NCBI GenBank assembly: GCA_043228905.1
Contig: JBHGNT010000015.1
Span: 19,716,001 to 19,780,000, forward strand
DNA length: 64,000 nt
From: Azolla caroliniana
Taxonomy: Eukaryota > Plantae > Polypodiophyta
Direction: 5' to 3'
A program made the position numbers and the translations under genes. Positions 58,809-64,000 of this stretch are shown piece by piece. The number at the start of each line of letters is the position of its first letter. Positions within the stretch are counted from its first letter, which is position 1. The notes beneath the pieces are model-generated. The model was given only the letters and a program-made list of their open reading frames with translations, was not told where the DNA came from and did not search any database.

Positions 58809-61800
58809 TTGCCTCCCTTTACACTGGCCAAATTGTTTTCTTTTGCTCTAGTACTGGATTTAGATGAAACGTTGATAGTTGCAAACACATTGAAGTCTTT
58901 TGAAGATTGTATAGAGGCACTTGGTTCCAAATTGAAGGGTGAAACAGATGCACAGAAATTGTCTGTAATGCCTGCGGAACTAAAACAGTATATCCAAGAT
59001 AGGGCTTTGTTGAGGCAGTATGCTGATAATGACTGCGTTTGGGATAATGCAACAGACAAATACATCACTGCGGAAATTGAGATTGTGCCCTCGTTTACAG
59101 ACGGTGCTTCTCCCCTCATGCGTCCTATTGTAAGACTCTGGGATACTAACATTGTTTTCACTCAAATCAATCCAAATTTGAGTATTTGAAAACTAGGTGA
59201 AGATAAAGTTTGGTGATGAAGGCACTGCAGATTGCAATGACTCCGCTGATAGTTTTACGTAGGTACAGGATACTAGTGTTTTGGTAAGGTTATGACCAGC
59301 TTGGGAGGAGCTGAGAGAATATTTGATTGCAAAAGGTCGGAAACATTTTGAGGTCTTTGTTTGTACAATGGCTGAAAGAGAATATGCCTTGGAAGTTTGG
59401 AGATTGCTTGATCCTCAAAGTCAACTAATTAAAGTAAGTGATGTCTTACAGTGGGTTGTCTGTGTAAAGTCAGGTAGAAAATAGAAACTATCAACCCTAT
59501 TGTAAATCATTTTGTTCACAGTCCTACGGGAGAAGATGTTTAGTTTATGACTAAATGTGAATGAGCCACAAAGAAGTCACTCGCAAATGTATTGGTGAGC
59601 TGTAATTGTCATCCAAGTATGGCGATGATGATTGACGATCGACTCAAAGTTTGGGAGGATAGGAATCAGTCTCATGTTCATGTTGTGCCTGCGTTTGCAC
59701 CTTATTATGATCCACTGGCTGAGATGCACAAATTTTGGTATAAGAAGCTCTCATCAGGTGTATTGTATATATAAACATAGAGTTGTCCACAAGATCTCTG
59801 ATATGCTCTCCTTTATTCACAGGGAAACATCGCCATGCCAATTCTATGTGCTGCAAGAAATGTAGCATCTGATGTACATGCTGGATTTTTCAGGTACCCC
59901 AGAAATCTCATCTAACTTTGTTTGGTAGCTTCTCATTTGCTTAATAGTTTTGGAACTAGCTCAAATAATCTCTCAGGTTGGTAATAAACATCTGTAAACA
60001 TAATCAGCTTTCACCCAAGTAATAATTATTGGAAGTATTCATTAGATGAGAGTAAGAGTTCTAGATTGGGGAGGCCTCTATAACATATGTCAAATTATTG
60101 ATACTTTTCACAGAACTTATAACTATTAATATGAACAACCTTGTTTTGAATGTCAACAGTAAAATTTATCATTGGGGTTCATACCATTCCATTTCAAAAT
60201 TTGATACCATGTCATCACTTGCAATGTTTTTCCTAGTATACATTCATGATGTTCCCAGCCACTAGGTCCAATTACTTCGTAAGTGACAAACTGTGAGAGT
60301 GAATGAACCCTGTTCACACGTTAGAATAGAGGTACAATTCCTAAAATTTGAAAGACGTACACTTACCTTAATCCTAGGATCACCTAACTAATATATCCCA
60401 AGAAATAATAGCCATGTGACAAGTTAACTTTATAGTTCCAATTGAAGCGCACTAACATATTTTCTCATATGCAATTGTTTGGCCTCTTTGGAGGTATGGG
60501 GTGGAAATATAACCCCGTCTAGATTGAATGACATTGAGAAGGTATAAATGACGTTTCTATAGCACGACCTTGGGTTCCAGGCGACCATGCTATACTTTGT
60601 CTCGTCTTGAAATGGGTTGATATCCATCAAACCAAAATTCCTGATGAGAATCCACAAGTATGTGGCTAAAGTAGAGGATACAGAGGCACACAGTCTACCA
60701 ATCCAAACTTCGGAATCAGTAGCAAAACTCAGAAGTAAGATAGAAGGAAACTTCTCTTTCTAGCTAGGCATATGACACACACAAATGGTTGTGATAAACG
60801 ACATGGGCTGCACGCTGATGGTATGTTCATGGAAGAAATCAAATCATGCCGTGTTGATGTGCTCACAGACAAATGGAACTAGTATGCCAAGACAAGTGAA
60901 TTGCAACATTAGACTCACATAAACCCAACATGGTGGGATACTTGCAAGGAATGACGGAACATACACAACGCATGTCCTCTCATCCCCATGCAATTAACCT
61001 CCTCTGCAGTTGCATTTATGGTCTTGAAATGGAGAACGGAGCTTTGTGAGCACTCACATTACTAATTAGGAGATCAAGCATGAGGAGCAACTCAAACTAA
61101 GATGTTAATTGTTCCTCAAACCGTCTGACAATGCTCCCCACGAATGATTACTACATGCACCAACCTTGCACAACTTCCTCAAGTTAGATGCACCAAGGTG
61201 TGTTTCTTAGGAAAAATGTCCTCTCTATTTAAGCATTGTAGTCATCTTAATAAAATTCATGACCAATGTGTGGCTACACCTTATACCCTCTGCACCACCA
61301 GAGGAGAGTGTCTTGGAACACCATTTTTGGGTTCCAATGACAATGTTTCTGATCTTTCAGGGTTGCTCCCTACCAATGATTACTGCATGCATGAACCTTG
61401 CACAACTTCAAGTTAGATGCACCAAGGTGTGTTTCTTAGGAAGAAACGTTTTCTCTCTACTCAAGCACAGTAGTCATCTTAAGAAAATACACGACCAATG
61501 TATGACTGGCCACACCTTACACCCTCTGCACCAGCAGAGGAGACTGCCTTGAAACGCTTTTTTTGGGTCCCAACGAGAATGTTTCTGACCTTTCCGGGAT
61601 TTTAAATAAAAGATATGCGTTGCTTAGATATGGAACAAAAGATTGACCTCATGAACCAAACAAAGTCACGTGTGTGCACATCTGTTTGGATAGTGGATGA
61701 AGTTTGGGCAGGAATAAGAAGAAAGAAATAGACAAAGTCAAAGAATCAAGAAGAAAGGAATTTGGGCAGTTTATAAAGGTGTAGAAATCTTCAAAGTATT

Positions 61801-62772
61801 CTAAAAAACATAAGGAAACATCACATTTCCTCACTTGAATTTAGTCACATTGTATTAATGCTTGAGGATATTTGTTACTGACCACTTTTATTTTCTGTTC
61901 ATATCATTTGGCATTCTGAGTGGAATGTAATGGATACTGGATGTACCACCAGTCTTGTGCTGTTCGTGAAGTTCACCTCCAGAGGATGTTAATATAACTT
62001 TCTCTCTCTCTCTCTCTCTCTCTATTAAGGTATGTCTGTTGCATTTATGTAGGAACTTTGATGACGGCTTATTGAAAGAGATGGCAGGGTTTGATTATGA
62101 TGCAGATATTCCAACCTTGTCCCATCCGCCTACGCTTAGTAAATATCTAGTAGGAGAGGTTGCAACAAGCAAAACCTTTTTTTCTTGGTACCGGCTTTCT
62201 CTGATGTTTGTGATTAAACTGTCCTTTATGCGCAGGAAGAATCGAATGTTCAAACTGATTTTATCAATGGTAATAAACAGGATACTGGTAGCAAGCTTTA
62301 ATTAGGAAACAAGAAGAGATTAGAAGAGGCAACTTTACAAGTTTTCTTAAAATTTATGGATTTCGAAGGCCAGTATTTCCGAAACACAGGGAGTTTCCTG
62401 AGTCTGAATTGAAGAAAGATATTCAACTATAGGCAGCTCATTATGTTACATGGACAAGATATTGAACATCAACATAAATCCGAGGGAAAAGTTTCAGTGT
62501 TGCCAGTTGGTTAGGCATTAGGATTCTTAAAATCTTCCCTTCCAGAGGCTACTGATGATTGGATGGCAGCATTTCCTGGGATCGCTCGTCAAAGTGAAAG
62601 TTCATTCTATAGCAATCAAGACAATCCTGCCCTTACGGCTGCAAAGCTTTCAAGGAAGGATGTTTCGAGAAGGTAACAATAGCACGTAGAAAATTGTTCA
62701 AGAGTGATTATACTTGAAGTATTCTTATAAACTGTTAATTAACAGAAATAAGTGATTGTCCTTTTTTCTTAT

Positions 62773-62834
<62 letters not shown>

Positions 62835-63312
62835 CAGGCGTATCCTGTAGATCAGCGGCAATGATGTGAAGATATCTTCTCTGGTCATATGAAAACAAAC
62901 CCAGAAATTCATAGGGAAAATCCTATGATTATCCTTCAGGATCTTCCAGATAAATATAACACATATGTAAAGTTTCAGACCCTGCTTTCATTTTTCTCAG
63001 TTATTTATTATGCTTGAAAATCATGATCTGCTTTGTTTTTCAGGTAGAGTTCAAAGCTTTACTGAATACAACAAAGGATTTGCAGTTTTCTGTTGAGGTA
63101 GATTAAAATTTTTGGCAATTAAATTTAATCTTTTAACTATTTAAAGTGGCTCATATATATATGCACACACACATATATATGCTTCTACGTAAGGTTTTGA
63201 TTCTTTATGGTTATTTGTTAATAAACAATTATGCACAGGTGTTCTTTGATAGGAAAAAGGTTGGGGAGGGCATTGGTGGAAGTAGAAAAGAAGCCCAGTA
63301 CAGAGCAGCTGA
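58809..63312 (+). pseudogene. CPL1/CPL2-like RNA polymerase II CTD phosphatase pseudogene, intron-containing, 5'- and 3'-truncated
   Basis: Exons: DLDETLIVANTLKSFED (~58845-59180), [23 protein letters not shown] (59263-59473), [16 protein letters not shown] (~59565-59722), 59823-59893, 62053-62158, dsRBD VEFK..LQFSVE (63044-63097) and GEGIGGSRKEAQ (63239-63312); stop at 59293. Confidence 0.85.
61133..61600. repeat. Tandem duplication, two ~232-bp units in the long CPL intron
   Basis: aatgattact.catgca..aaccttgcacaacttc..aagttagatgcaccaaggtgtgtttcttaggaa twice. Confidence 0.85.
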
Positions 63313-63536
63313 TTGGTGTTAAACTTATTGCATCTTATTCACACTTGGTGTTAAACTTATCCCCACACAACACTTTTCATTTCCTTGCGACAATGTCTAA
63401 GAAAAGTATGGTGGTCGCAAGGGGAAAAATATACACAGAAAAAAACTGTGTCCACGAAAGAAGAAGATGATGAAAGAGATAAGAGAGTAGTGTGCAAAAA
63501 GATGGGATGTAAGAAATATGCCCATCTACACTTAGG

Positions 63537-63610
<74 letters not shown>

Positions 63611-63623
63611 TCGTAGAGTGGCT

Positions 63624-64000
63624 ATGGTTATGGCCCTGGCTGAAGAGGAGGTGAATGGTTGGCTGGGTAGCTTTGAAGCTGCCCTTCTCCAAAGAGATGT
63701 GGAAGCTGCAACCCAACTCTTCCTCCCGGACGAATGCTTCTGGAGAGACCTCCTCACCTTCACATGGAACATCTACACGGCCGAATCCCGACAAGAGATC
63801 GGAGACATGCTCCGATCCATTTTCATTGAAGGTGACCACATCCACCCTCCCTCCTCTTGCAAGCTCCAAGGTGAAGTGGAAGACCTCACCCCCCATCCCC
63901 ATGGCATCATCCAAGCCTTCTTCACCTTTGAGACTCCCATCGCACGGGGCCGCGGACACCTCAAGCTACGAGGCGGGAAATGCTGGTGCCTCCTCACCTC
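63624..64000 (+). CDS. FMO-2: second type II FMO paralogue, runs off the window end
   Basis: MVMALAEEEVNGWLGSFEAALLQRDVEAATQLFLPDECFWRDLLTFTWNI..; open to 64000; preceded by long (GA)n 63541-63609. Confidence 0.9.
   Translation, partial: MVMALAEEEVNGWLGSFEAALLQRDVEAATQLFLPDECFWRDLLTFTWNIYTAESRQEIGDMLRSIFIEGDHIHPPSSCKLQGEVEDLTPHPHGIIQAFFTFETPIARGRGHLKLRGGKCWCLLT

Overview
Land-plant nuclear DNA, probably from a non-seed plant such as a fern or lycophyte (inference from the TE lineages and a type II FMO). Bases 1-51,120 are a deeply nested retrotransposon cluster. It holds at least six Ty1/copia elements or remnants, a non-chromovirus Ty3/gypsy with an extra 3' ORF, an L1-type LINE, a chromovirus-like RT fragment, and six insertions of one unusual gypsy family (one full-length, two truncated, three solo LTRs). 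That family uses a tRNA-Trp primer and keeps protease in the gag ORF ahead of a conserved GGAUUUU-UAG putative -1 frameshift site. It makes 4-bp target duplications that read ACGS (CpG-centred) at all six sites, which is the most striking signal here. Bases 51,120-64,000 are AT-rich genic sequence: an RR-TZF zinc-finger pseudogene, an intact intronless bacterial-like type II flavin monooxygenase, a telomere-like tract, a CPL1/2-like CTD-phosphatase pseudogene lying between two copies of an FMO 5' region, and the start of a second FMO. All coordinates and alignments were read by eye.
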